From Octopus sinensis (taxonomy: Eukaryota), in contig NC_042999.1 of assembly GCF_006345805.1 (NCBI RefSeq), positions 27,900,001 through 27,964,000 of the forward strand: a stretch of 64,000 bases of DNA. The letters are read 5' to 3'. The notes under the pieces were generated by a model. That model was given only the letters and a program-made list of their open reading frames with translations, ran no database searches and was not told the DNA's origin. The translations under genes and the position numbers were made by a program. Shown here piece after piece: positions 48,330-61,007 of the stretch. Each line of letters starts with the position of its first letter. The first letter of the stretch is position 1.

Positions 48330-49140
48330 ATTATAGTTATGATGAATGTACATTGTTTACATTATTTATATTTGACGGATATTTGTCCTCACCTTTGTTG
48401 ATAACACAATGTCTCGGCTGATATACTCTCCAGCCTTCATCAGGTGTCTTGCGGAAATCTCGAACCTGGATTTTTATTCCTAAGGTATTTTTCGATGTTA
48501 TTTTTATTATTCAGGTCACTGCTTGGAATCGAACTCGGAATCTTAACCATTACACCATATGCCCGTGGGCAATTATGCAGTGAATTTTAGGGTTTATAAA
48601 TCTAAAATTTTCCTATCCTTCCTTAATACCGGTTTCTATATGGTATTCATATCTGCGCTCGATCTGCTCAGGAGGTTGTTCTGTCCAAGTATATATGCTG
48701 CTTCTTTTAGTTTTCGTATTTTCCAGTGGTGTTCTCTGTCTATTATTTTAACTTCATCCCACAGGGGTAGGTGGTCTTCATTTTTCCATACATGATCAGC
48801 TATACCCGATTTATCAATATCTCCTCGTGTCAGAGCTTTGCGATGTTCCTCTACACTTATTTTCATGGGGCCGTATGTTTCGCCTTTGCATAATCTACCA
48901 CAGCTGCATGGGATGGATTACACGCAGTTTTTGGTCATATTCTCTTCTATTGGTGGTTTTACTCGGAGATATTTGCGAAGTGTTGTATAACTCTTCAATA
49001 ATGTCCTGATGTCATATGGGCCGCATATCTTTTGTATTTTTTCGAAGAGGCATTTCGCATAGGGTAGACAGACTGTGAACAGTTTATTGGTTTCATCCTC
49101 TCTTTTCTTCATAATTGGAGTGGATAGTAAGTTTTTGGGG
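48330..49140 (-). mobile_element. Penelope-like element fossil: GIY-YIG region plus 3' pseudo-LTR
   Basis: VCLPYAKCLFEKIQKICGPYDIRT..KNCV*SIPCSCGRLCKGETYGPMKISVEEHRK..KSGIADHVW..WDEVKIIDREHHWKIRKLKEA (ORFs 48918-49178 and 48636-48866 in the same frame). Confidence 0.9.
48404..48447 (-). ncRNA. Minimal type I hammerhead ribozyme motif
   Basis: ACAC-CUGAUGA-A-GGCUG-(10 nt)-CAGCC-GAGA-CA-UU-GUGU; stems I and II pair; A14>G in this copy. Confidence 0.7.
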
Positions 49141-49459
49141 TAGTTGTTGCTTAATTGATTGTTACTGATCTTGATCATTACTGGGCTTAATTATTATCAA
49201 AAATGAGACTTACTTTTAATCTTTTGATAAAATAAATGAGTATTGTACGAGTTTTCTTTCTTCATAACTGTATACTTACTTTTGCATCCCCTGTATATTG
49301 TACCTGTGAGCAAACATATATATATATATATATATATATACACAAAAATATATGTACCCATACGCACAAGCAAGCAAATATGTATCATTGATATTATGCA
49401 AAAGTATCGTAAGTCCAAAACGTTGCTTTTTCAGAAAACGAAAAATGATTTCACCATTC

Positions 49460-49745
49460 CAGAACAAAACTCACCTCTCTTGCTCTAACAAGCAAGAGGC
49501 TCTTTCTGCTGCGTCTCCAATTCTACGCATAACCATCCTTCGCTCTTTTCCTTTCATTCCAGTAGCTGTAAGCATCTTCCATACCAACAGGACAGGGAAT
49601 CCCCTAAAGCCAGTCCCGACTGGGAAAAGCCATGATCGCCATCCCTTCTCTCTTGCACTTAGCGCGCTTCCAATCGCAGACCTGATCACATCCTTCTTCC
49701 CATGGGATTGTAATCCCAATCCAGATTATTTTCCTTACCTTTTCA
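49460..49745 (-). mobile_element. HERO/NeSL-like non-LTR retrotransposon 3' fragment (restriction-like endonuclease)
   Basis: IIWIGITIPWEEGCDQVCDWKRAK / REKGWRSWLFPVGTGFRGF...IGDAAERASCLL resembles ELTVPWEE...KY...GW...FPVEVG.RGF...AAERAS. Confidence 0.75.
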
Positions 49746-49822
49746 GATCACAAAACTACATCTCGCCTCACGGTTGTATGGGTGATATGGGGAAACTGCA
49801 ACGCATATACACACTACAAACG

Positions 49823-49913
<91 letters not shown>

Positions 49914-49993
49914 AATCCAACGGGAAACAAAAAAAAACACAACAATGGAACAATTACAGTATTATTATTAATAGGCGCTCAGGAAATGGAAGC

Positions 49994-50042
<49 letters not shown>

Positions 50043-50046
<4 letters not shown>

Positions 50047-50238
50047 ATCCAAACATGAAAGCACAAAAAACACAACAACGCGAGGACGTGGAACAAATAT
50101 AGTATAGTGGACGCTCAGGAAAGAAGGAAAGAAGGAGGGTTAACGTTTCGAGCAGAGCTCTTCGTCGGAAACATAGGAGAAGGAAAGATCCAGAGAAGGG
50201 AAGACAGAGGAAAAAAATCGCCAACGGTACACACGCGG

Positions 50239-50242
<4 letters not shown>
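50043..50242 (-). mobile_element. Repeat H with hammerhead-like motif (50139-50172)
   Basis: Near-identical to 12439-12634; preceded by a degenerate partial copy at ~49907-49985 and followed by an inverted terminal duplication. Confidence 0.75.
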
Positions 50243-50291
<49 letters not shown>

Positions 50292-50372
50292 CATATATGT
50301 GACCGCGTGTGTACCGTTGGCGATTTTTTTCCTCTGAAAGAGAGAGAGAGAGAGAGAGAGAAATATAGATAC

Positions 50373-50530
50373 ATTGGTTTCAAATTTCGGCACAAGGTGG
50401 GAGATAGTCGAACAAATGGTACTTATCTTGTCGACCCTGAAAGGATGAAAGGCGGGATTTGAAACAGAGGGTGAAGATAGACGAAATACCACGAAGCATT
50501 TTGCCCGGTATGCTAGCGATTTTACCAGCT
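50373..50530 (-). mobile_element. Old SINE A' copy
   Basis: Tail ttggtttcaaatttcggcacaagg; head ...ccagctaaccgacc. Confidence 0.65.
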
Positions 50531-50743
50531 AACCGACCTACTATAGGCATAGAGATATTGACACATGAATAAATTCACGCGCACGCACTCTTGCACACAC
50601 ACACACACACGCACACACAAATCGATCTGAAAGCATTCACTCCCGTAGGATGTTTCTTGATCAAATGTACATAGATAGGTACGTAAGTATAATTACATAC
50701 GTACATACATGCATGCATACATACATATATATATACATAAAAG

Positions 50744-51131
50744 GAATACTGATGGAATGTACCAGTGAAGACCTCAATAAAATGTAATCACAATGGACCT
50801 CATATAATGATTTGGGATTGAGAAGAGAAACTGCACAGCTGTGGAAATTAGTTGCCCAGCGGATGTTAATATAAAGCTGAAGATCAGCGACAAAAGAGAA
50901 CACTTATCCTGAACTGTTGAGAAATCTGCAGTTATTCTCTCCAGATTACAATTTCAGTTTTATACCTGTAATTATTGGGGCCCTGAGATACGTAACACGC
51001 TGCCTAAATACCAATCTTGAGAAATTAGGCGTCTCAAAACAGGAAGGAGAAAGCTCATTCGAGGACTACACATCCAATCCATCACTGGAACTGTAAAAAT
51101 CTGTAAAACTTTCCAGAAGTTTATCATTTAA
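50744..51131 (+). mobile_element. R4/Dong-like non-LTR retrotransposon 3' end
   Basis: WNVPVKTSIKCNHNGPHIMIWD..AVEISCPADVNIKLKIS..LLRNLQL..FIPVIIGAL..LEKLG..SITGTVKICKTFQKFII*. Confidence 0.85.
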
Positions 51132-51209
51132 ATATATATGAGCATGTCTAGATATGCAACAATATACATGAGAATACATACATACATACATACATACATA
51201 CATACATGT

Positions 51210-51738
51210 TGGCTGCCCCCTCGTTATCGAGTATGGCCATTGCGCGAAGCTTAATAAATGTTGTTATCATGCAATGCCTGTGCAAGAAGATTTTTTTTTA
51301 AAGTGAGGAAAGGCTGTGCACTGAGTCAATCCCAATCGCTAAGCAACAGCAGCCATAATCCGAAAAGAAGAAGAAGTCAACATCATCGGTTACCACTGAG
51401 CCGCATGTTTTATGTCAGAGTTATCCCAGTTACCTGCGTTAGCTTCTGCTAGTAGGATGCCCTAACAAAGGCTAGGAGTCCTTCACTCCCAATGGTTTAA
51501 CCGCGCGATCGGGTATTCAGTCCGATTATTTCTATGTCCCCGCGCATGATGCATCCTTAAGACATTTATTGGATGGCCGTTTGACGGGTTTTGTTTCTCA
51601 TCCCGCAGGGTGTCCAATAAATACCCTCCTCACCAAGCAAGCTTGGTGGGGTTGCAGGTTAATCGCCGACGACCCGACCATGCAACAGGTTGTACTGGGT
51701 TACATGTTACCAGTAACACCCGAAAGTGACCTGACACA
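51210..51738. other. GC-richer unclassified segment, possibly a LINE 5' UTR
   Basis: Composition and hairpins only (e.g. CACCAAG-caag-CTTGGTG); no coding similarity recognised. Confidence 0.3.
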
Positions 51739-52289
51739 ACATACATACATACATATTGATGTTGAAATTCCAATGAAGGAGCCTTGAATCTAGGTTAGAA
51801 ATCTTGAAATAAAACTGAACAATGTCATACATACATACGTGCACAGATGCATACATACAGTGGATCATTACTTCCGTGCCAATAATTTTTTTTAACATTA
51901 GCCGAGGTCGACATGATGAACAGTGTATAGGGAAGTGACTCAGCTTTCGTATTTATTTTATACGGTTAACAATAATGAGAGGTAACTTCAACATGAGCAA
52001 GATTTTAATGCTGAATCGAAAATATTGTTATACGTAATAATGCTTCATGTCATTAAATCAAGCGTTGTATTGTGTTAGCCATTTTATTTTTACTTGTGCC
52101 TATGAAGAAAAATATTGATCACGTGACACACTGCGAAGAGTGGAAAAGTTAACTAGAAATAAACTATAAATATTTTGTGGCGAGGATTAAAACGCTTTCA
52201 AGTGAATAAGATTATTTCAATTATGGACGATTTAAAATGATGTTATATATTACTCACCGAAATAGTAAAAGCAGTGCGAAGTAAATATA

Positions 52290-52500
52290 ATATATGTATG
52301 TATGTATGTTGTATGTATGTATGTATGTATGTATGTATGTATGTATGTATGTATGTATGTATGTATTTATGTATGAATGTATGTATTGTATGTATGTATG
52401 TATTGTATTGTATGTTTTTATGTATGTATGTATTGTATGTATGTATGTATGCATGTATGTATGCATTTATGTATGTATGTATGTATGTATGCATATATGT
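52290..52500. repeat. (TATG)n microsatellite
   Basis: Direct observation. Confidence 0.95.
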
Positions 52501-52568
52501 GTGTGTGTGTATACACATGTAAATATACAGACACACACACACACACGCACATATGTATAAATATCACC

Positions 52569-52742
52569 GTGATCACCGTGACCGACCAGGCTATCAGATG
52601 TCACTACACATCGCTGGTCACAATGCGCTTCGCATTGTTTTAGCCTCAAATGACGCCACCCCGCTGGCTAAGCGAGCAGGCCAACAGAAGAAAGAGTGAG
52701 AGAAAGTTGTGGCAAAAGAGTACAGCAGGGATCGCCACCACT
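52569..52742 (-). mobile_element. SINE G 3' fragment
   Basis: Shares the module aagagtgagagaaagttgtggc.aaagagt with SINE C but has a different tail. Confidence 0.6.
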
Positions 52743-52788
52743 CTGTCTCTCTTGTTTACTCTTGTGGGTTCGAGGTCGTTATATATAT

Positions 52789-52902
<114 letters not shown>

Positions 52903-53467
52903 TACACACGCGCATGTGTGTGTGTGTGTATGTGTGCATGTATCTGAACACAAAGTTTGCTTTGCAGTCTCTCACTGTTCGACACATGGGACAACTTAGT
53001 GCTTTCTTCCGTAGCCTTCGACAGACCAATGTCTTATGCGTGGAACCGCTAGCTGGAAATTGTATGGAATTTTGTTGTATATATATATGTATATGTGTAT
53101 GTGTTTGTGTGTTTGTGTGTGTACGTGTGTGCTCACGTATGTACGTGTTGATGAAAGTGTTGGGCTAAAAACGGAGATAGTTTTTGCTATTAACTGTAAA
53201 CAAATCGTCCTCTAGCTCTGCACTTTCGACGATAAATGAGACATAAGATTTCTTTGGAAAAAAGAAAATGATGAGTTTAGTGACAGGAAGAGCACCCGGC
53301 TGTAAAACAGCCTCAGAAATATGTACTTATGTACTCGTCTAACTCTTGTTAGTATAGAATAACAAAGGTACAACTAAATAACCAATGAAACAGAATTAAA
53401 CAGCTAACTTGAAATAATTATGATTAAAACTTGTTCCGTGATAGATTAAAAGTAGTAGTATATAACC

Positions 53468-54057
53468 TATTTCTTTACTGCCCACAAGGGGCTAAACACA
53501 GAGAGGACAAACAAGGACAGACAAACGGATTAAGTCGATTACACCAACCCCAGTGCGTAACTGGTACTTAATTTATCGACCCCGAATGGATGAAAGGCAA
53601 AGTCGACCTCAACGGAATTTGAACTCAGAACGTAGCGGCAGACAAAATACCTATTTCTATTTCTTTACTACCCACAAGGGGCTAAACACAGAGAGGACAA
53701 ACAAGGACAGACAAACGGATTAAGTCGATTACATCAACCCAGTGCGTAACTGGTACTTAATTTATCGACCCCGAAAGGATGAAAGGCAAAGTCGACCTCA
53801 GCGGAATTTGAACTCAGAACGTAGTGGCAGACAAAATACCTATTTCTATTTCTTTACTACCCACAGGGGGCTAAACACAGAGAGGACAAACAAAGACAGA
53901 CAAACGGATTAAGTTAATTATATCGACCCCAGTGCGTAACTGGTACTTAATTTATCGACCCCGAAAGGATGAAAGGCAAAGTCGACCTCAGCGGAATTTG
54001 AACTCAGAACGTAGCGGCAGACGAAATACCGCTAAGCATTACGCCCGGCATGCTAAT
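53468..54057 (-). mobile_element. SINE A trimer, antisense
   Basis: Junctions at 53651/53652 and 53840/53841, both with doubled TATTTC. Confidence 0.9.
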
Positions 54058-54063
54058 GGACTA

Positions 54064-54093
<30 letters not shown>

Positions 54094-54097
<4 letters not shown>

Positions 54098-54344
54098 GCG
54101 CCCTTTTAAAGCCTAGCCAGTCTCATGGGCCCGGTTTCCCGGTTTCAATGGCGTATGTGTTCCCCAGCTGGACGGGACGCCAGTCTAACGCGGCGTTACT
54201 CATTTTTGCCAGCTGATTGGACTGGAGCAACGTGAAATGAAGTGCTTTGCTCAAGAAAACAACGCGTCGGCCGGTCCAGGAATCGTAACCACAATCTTAC
54301 AATTATGGTGCTGACACCCTAACCACTAAGCCACGCGCCTCCAC
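54094..54344 (-). mobile_element. SINE D with (ATT)n tail
   Basis: Head GTGGAGGCGCGTGGCTTAGTGGTTAGGG...GGTTACGATTCC; tail shared with C2. Confidence 0.85.
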
Positions 54345-54682
54345 ATGAAATCATGGACTAGTTCAACCAAACCGAATTTTCAAGAAATATTTGATTGCAT
54401 TTCTGGAGCGGTGACGAGTTGAAAATTTTGGAATTTTGTGATTATATATTGTGAAGTTGGCTTCTCTTCACGGTACTGTCATTTCACAGATTAGTGAATG
54501 AGTGGATAATCTCATCTCGGATGAAGGTCAACACAAGTAAATGCATGAGTAATAAATATGCGGGGAAGAAAAAAAAATTAAACTGTGCGTGTATCCATAA
54601 CATCCGAGAAATTTACAACTTTCCAAGAAATGGTCGTTTTTGGATGCAAGTTAACTTCCACAATATGTGTGATTGTATGTGC

Positions 54683-55078
54683 TGGCTGTGTGGTAAGTAG
54701 CTTGCTTACGAACCACATGGTTTCGGGTTCAGTCCCACTGCGTGGCACCTTGGGCTAGTGTCTTCTACTATAGCCTCGGGCCGACCAAAGCCTTGTGAGT
54801 GGATTTGGTAGACGGAAACTGAAAGAAGCCCGTCGTATATATATAATATATATATATGTATGTGTGTATTTGTGTGTTTGTGTTTGTCCCCCCAACATCG
54901 CTTGACAACCGACGCTGGTGTGTTTACGTCCCCGTAACTTAGCGGTTCGGCAAAAGAGACCGATAGAATAAGTACTGGGCTTACAAAAAGAATAAGTCCT
55001 GGGGTCGATTTGCTCGACTAAAGGCGGTGCTCCAGCATGGCCACAGTCCCATGAGTGAAACAAATAAAAAAAAGAGAG
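54683..55078 (+). mobile_element. SINE B, full length
   Basis: A/B boxes, internal microsatellite and LINE-like tail. Confidence 0.9.
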
Positions 55079-55683
55079 TATACACATATACATACATACA
55101 TACATACATACACACACACATACACACACATGCAGACGCATACAAATATGCATATGGATATGTGTGTGCTCATACATGCAAATATGCGAGCGCACACGCA
55201 AAACGTAGATAGTGCTCTTCATTAATTTATTTTGTCTTGACGATTTCACTAAACTCCATGTCATCATATATGTATTTATTTATTTATTTATATGTTATTT
55301 CATATTTATTTATATATTTATTACGGGTGTTGCGGGGTGGCACATAATATAATTTGAAATTCCCATTCATCAACTGCATTTTGCTGATGTCGACATCCTG
55401 ATTATGTGTGATTAAAATCTACACCACATTCGTAAACGTCTGTATCCGGCCACCGAGATAGACTAGTTAGAAGTAATGACATGAGATTATATAAAAATAG
55501 TAATATAACATTCATTTCGTTTTTTGCTGATGTTTTTTTTCTTCTCTTTTTCATTGGGGTCGTTTGTGTTATCAGTTTATATTTTTCTACAGGTGACTGG
55601 GATAACATAGTATCAGATTTAACGCATGAAAATTTTTGTTTTAATATTTCGTTTTGAATTGAAATCTTGCTGGGACCAAGACG

Positions 55684-56093
55684 GGATCTTTTTCGGTTTG
55701 AACGGCAGTTTTTAACATAATTTCTAGGTAAATAAAAAATTTGTAACTTCGTATACTGGTACAATGTGTTTATAAAACATCTTTTTCTCTTAGCTTTATT
55801 GAGAAAATTCTAAAGTTTGTAAGATATTTGTTGTTTTTTCTTCAATTTCTGCAATTTCAACCAATCAGTGACGTCTATTGAGGTAAAAAGCATTCTGTGC
55901 CGTATGAATATGTCCCTCGTTTAAGAAACAGATTGGGTTTATTTACATTTGTGAAGAAAAAAAGATACCCTTCCCCCCACCCCTAACCATAAAAGAGATT
56001 GAAATGCAATAGATCGATTCTAGGGTCATAATTATGGGTGACAATTTCATATGACACCGCTAGAAAAAACTGCCGTTCAAACCGAAAAGAGCC
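55684..56093 (-). mobile_element. MITE copy 5
   Basis: Perfect 8-bp TSD CCAAGACG (55676-55683 / 56094-56101). Confidence 0.92.
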
Positions 56094-56164
56094 CCAAGAC
56101 GAATTCCCCATTCTTCCCGTTAAGCTACAAACATAAGTACAAGACAATATCAATTGACATCGAT

Positions 56165-56500
56165 TAAGGCTAACTGGTACTCCGTCGGTGTCGACGACGA
56201 GGGTTCCTGTTGATCCGATCAACGCAACAGCCTGCCCGTGAAATTAACGCGCAAGTGGCTGAGCACTCCACAGACACGCGTACGTACTCTTAACGTAATT
56301 CTCAGGAAGATTCAGCGTGGTACCGAATGTGACAAGGCTTGCCCTTTGCAATACAAGTACTACCCATTTTTAACAGCTGAGTGAACTGGAGGAACGTGAA
56401 ATGATGTGTCTTGCTCAAGGACACAACGCGCCGCCGGGAATCGAAATCATAACCTTGCGATCGTGAGCTAAATACCTTAATCACAAAGCTACGTGCCTTC
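56165..56500 (-). mobile_element. SINE F, full length
   Basis: tRNA-like head at the 56500 end; central module cagctgagtgaactggag.aacgtgaaat. Confidence 0.8.
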
Positions 56501-56602
56501 ATTAAGGTTAACATTCCAAAGAAATTATTATCTTTTTTCTTCGTCAAAGAATCTAATATTCTGAAAATTAAGACACTGTATTAAGAAAAACTAAACTCCT
56601 AT

Positions 56603-56828
56603 GAGCTGGCAGAAACGTTAGCACGCCGGGCGAAATGCGTGGCCGTATTTCGTCTGTCGTTACGTTCCGAGTTCAAATTCCGCCGGGGTCGACTTTGCCT
56701 TTCATCCTTTCGGAGTCGATAAATTAAGTACCAGTTACGCACTGGGGTCGATGTAATCGACTTAATCCCTTTGTCTGTCCCTGTTTGTCCCCTCTGTGTT
56801 TCGCCCCTTGTGGGTAGTAAAAGAAATA
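56603..56828 (+). mobile_element. SINE A monomer
   Basis: Matches 4178-4408. Confidence 0.9.
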
Positions 56829-57645
56829 TATAAGATACTTAATTTATCATGACTAGGGCCTGGTGTATCTCTTAACTGTGGTGAAATTTCTAGAGACCTA
56901 CCGAGAAACAAGCAACTGTTTAGTCTTCATGGCAAAGCTGTAATAATATTACAACTTACATTTCTATGAATTTGTAAAAAATTAAAGTTTTATTATTTTT
57001 CTTCAGCACAGTTGCTTCCCAACGGGTTCATATGTACTTGCATTGCTCTTCTGGTGCTGTAAATTTTTCCCACTCCTGAGCTAGCCCCATGTCTAAATGG
57101 CCGAAAATTAGATATTAACGAAGGACATTTCTCTGGTATAATAATTTTGTTTTCAAAGGATAATCACAGCATGTATTTATTGGAGATATTTTCTTCTGAT
57201 TTTGTCAGCACCCTATGTGGTATAACTCTTAGGTTAGCATCAGGCTGTCATATCCATTACTTACAATTGCTCTATAAATAATGTTTTATTCAAGTATGGA
57301 TTCTTGGCTGATGGACATGCATATGATCGCAACGGCTTTCATGTATGCTTTATTTTTACTCATCCGCTCTTCTGAGGGACGTAATGTAAAATAAAGTCTC
57401 AGAATGTTTCTTTTACGATCAAAAGATAAACGCATTTCCAAGTCCTTTCAAGAAAACGAAAGTCAAATAAATATTATTCGTTGACAAGTGTTTCTAAATT
57501 GTTTTGCGAAGTCGAAGTACTTTTAGTTACCCGAGAAAAATATTACTTGTGTTATTTATTCAATGCCACCTTCCGATCCTTGGCTGACTTAAGTGGAGGT
57601 CGATCCAGGTTATCTTACATGGGTGGTACGCTTAACGCGTTGCGA

Positions 57646-57849
57646 GGGTTCAAGTTGATCCGATCAACGCAACAGCCTGCCCGTGAAATTAACGCGCAAG
57701 TGGCTGAGCACTCCACAGACACGTGTACGTACCCTTAACGTAATTCTCAGGAAGATTCAGCGTGATACCGAATTTGACAACGCTGGCCCTTTGAAATACA
57801 AGTACTACCTATTTTTAACAGCTGAGTGAACTGGAGCCACGTGAAATGA
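57646..57849 (-). mobile_element. SINE F, partial
   Basis: Very similar to 56205-56405. Confidence 0.8.
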
Positions 57850-58106
57850 CGTTCATGGCTACTGTTTTGCAGAGATTGCTTCCTTGTTGTTGTCCATTCA
57901 AACTATACCCTCAACCTTGTTCCCTCCAACAACGACGTCCCACAGACATAACTTTGTAGATATCCAAACTAGGCAGCTATTACATCTGTCTCACCTGTCT
58001 AAGGAGATGTCTGCACAGGTTTTATGAATAATGTTCCTGTTCCCTTGAGTAACCCATAAAAAAACAAATTTTGGCAGAAAATTTTGACCAGAAAATTTTG
58101 ATTGAA

Positions 58107-58337
58107 GGCGGCGAGCCGGCAGAATCGTTAGTACGCCGGGCGAAATGCGCAGCCGTATTTCGTCTGCCGTTACGTTCTGAGTTCAAATTCCGCCGAGGTC
58201 GACTTTGCCTTTCATCCTTTCGGGGTCGATAAATTGAGTACCAGTTACGCACTGGGGTCGATATAATCGACTTAATCCGTTTGTCTGTCCTTGTTTGTCT
58301 CCTCTATGTTTAGCCCCTTGTGGGTTGTAAAGAAATA
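58107..58337 (+). mobile_element. SINE A monomer
   Basis: Full head to tail; GAAAATTTTGA present on both flanks. Confidence 0.9.
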
Positions 58338-58559
58338 GAAAATTTTGACCAGAGAATGAGGAAAATGACTGAACTTTGAGACAAGTGAAATTATTATGGT
58401 GACATTTCGTATGAATTTTCAGACTGGTGGGTTACATTTCTGTGTTTAATATTCATTATGGGCTTCTAAGAGATTTATATAAGAAACGTAACAGTAAGGA
58501 GCGAACTTATTCCATAAAATTACATTTCTGGATAAAAAAAAAATTGGGGAAAATATTTA

Positions 58560-58900
58560 ATGCAGAGTTTTTTATGGGCCAATATACTGAAAGAAAGGAG
58601 GAATAAGAAACAGAAGATCGGATTATCTGAGCACAGATGGTGCTTGTTGGTTTTTGATGAGCAATAGTCTTTGTATTAAAGGAAAGCGTTGAAGAAAAGT
58701 GAATCAGTAAGACAGGTAGTGATTGTTGTATGTTGGTGATTGGATGTTCGCTAATCAAGTGTATGATTGCTTTTTTCTTGGACGAAGGAACGGCCCTTGA
58801 TGTATATATATATGTAACGGTTTTAATTTTATTTGTAAACAATATTATGATTTGTGGATTTGTACCAATTGTAACGGGAGAAATTGATTAATAAACGTTA
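58560..58900 (-). mobile_element. Penelope-like GIY-YIG fossil (highly decayed)
   Basis: STNHNIVYK* / YIYTSR..KKAIIHLISEHPIT..KPTSTICAQ resembles the PLE endonuclease C-terminus. Confidence 0.5.
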
Positions 58901-60446
58901 TGATATTTGTAACGATAAAGATTTGTTATTATTGCATACTGTAGGACGTGAAAGATGACCAATGCATGAAGTTTTAAGAAAGTATTTATTTACCGTTACG
59001 TTACAATTGCCTTGCCTCGACGGGCAGATTTTGATACATCCAAAAGCATGCGAAGTAAAGTTTGTGTTTGGGTTCTCTTCATTGTTTAGTAGTAATTACA
59101 GATAGAGATAGAATGATGTTGTAAGAGAACAGAATTGGAGCTAGTAAAAGTGAGAGAGTGTGGGACGTTGTCTTTCTTTTTCCCTCTGGCCGTTTTGTCT
59201 GCCTGCTTCCATGATTCTAGTGGTTGGTTCACTAACTGATGTTAGCTCTCTCTCAACTCACGTGTTTGTCACCAAGGTGACTAACTTCGTTGAGTCGTCA
59301 CGACTGTGACGAACTGACTTTTGCTTTGGATAAGCTTGCTTTTATAACTATCTAGAAGGATAGATATATCATTGAGAACAATAGACTTAGTTGGTGGTCT
59401 TGTTATCTCTATTCTAGTTTTTGGTGAAGTAAAAGAAAGTGTCGAGTAGTGAAGACATTATTTCGGCCTAGCTAAAGGCATCTGGAAAATGTAAAAACTG
59501 CTGTCAGAGAAAAACCATTGTTCCATCGTGGGAAAAGATCTGTATCAGTGTTAATTTAAATTTGGCTTTGGTGGATCGATTCACTACATACATATATATG
59601 AGTGAGCATAATCAATATCCACGGTCTTCTAAACTGTTCTTCACTGTTGGTCCAAATCGAGTTATCTAAAAGGTAGTGATAAGTACATAATATGGAATAT
59701 ATTAACTTCATTGTTTCGTGAAAGTTTATCGTGATTTAATTTCTTACAAAATTATTTTAAAATTTCAGAAATGTGGAGAGGAATTTAAACAGTTTAAGCC
59801 ACAGTAATTAGGTAAATTGTAAGAAATTACAGAAGGATTAAACTTAGTAATTAGTTTAAGCTAAGTAATTAGGTGATATTTCTTATCGAATTTTAACCTA
59901 ATTTTCATCGTAATACACCGTACTATTTAACCAGCGTCACAAAAATGTCAACTAACCTTTAAAAAGTCTTTCAATTTAAATTGAAGACACTATTTTTAGA
60001 TGTTTAAACATCAGTGTGAAAACGGGTTGATCTTTCTCAGTAATTTACTGACATGAAACGTGACAAATTATTAAAATTCCAGTCCCTTGGTAATGTGTGC
60101 GAATGAGCACGCCCGCGTCTATGTTCAAGAGAGAAGCATATGGGAGGTTTCGACGACCGTGCTATTCTGATCTGCATTAATAGTAAAAGTGTGAAGTAGT
60201 GAAGGTTTTACTCAGATCTGATTTTGAATTGACTTCTCTGACGGCCATCTGGCAGGGGGAAGTTGTAATTTCTTACGGAGGTATTCGACAGCACTAATTT
60301 CTTTTATGATACTCTCAGCTGAAGTGAAGAATGTCGTTATTTCTATTGTTTAGTCCCAGGTCAACCCTGATATTTTTTTGTTTTTGTTTTTCGAATTAGT
60401 CTTGTTGAACTCACTTCATGGTAATGATATAAGAGGACAACGTCGA

Positions 60447-60565
60447 CAACTTGATTGCGAATACTGTCCTGGAACGTATTCAGGACCTCGAGGCAATGAT
60501 GATGGACCGGGAAGTGTGGCGAGTGGACTTTGTTGCTACGGCCCGAATGGGAAACCGGCCATAAC
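60447..60565 (+). mobile_element. RTE-like LINE 3' end fragment
   Basis: DNLIANTVLERIQDLEAMMMDREVWR resembles the RTE ORF C-terminus (L...M.DR..WR). Confidence 0.45.
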
Positions 60566-60592
60566 AAAATTTTTTTTTTTTTAAATGAATAA

Positions 60593-60760
60593 GCAGGAGT
60601 GGCTGTGTGGTAAGTAGCTTGCTAACCAACCACATGGTTCCGGGTTCAGTCCCACTGCGTGGCATCTTGGGCAAGTGTCTTCTGCTATAGCCCCGGGCCG
60701 ACCAATGCCTTGTGAGTGGATTTGGTAGACGGAAACTGAAAGAAGCCTGTCGTATATATG

Positions 60761-60807
<47 letters not shown>

Positions 60808-61007
60808 TGTGTGTCTGTGTTTGTCCCCCTAGCATTGCTTGACAACCGATGCTGGTGTGTTTACGTCCCCGTCACTTAGCGGTTCGGCAAAAGAGACCGA
60901 TGCAATAAGTACTGGGCTTACAAAGAATAAGTCCCGGGGTCGATTTGCTCGACTAAAGGCGGTGCTCCAGCATGGCTGCAGTCAAATGACTGAAACAAGT
61001 AAAAGAG
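60593..61007 (+). mobile_element. SINE B, full length
   Basis: A/B boxes, internal microsatellite and tail. Confidence 0.9.

Noticed and set aside
59769-59811. 43-nt AG/GT-bounded candidate upstream exon of the START gene
   Set aside because: Stops in all three frames and no START similarity; a UTR exon cannot be supported.
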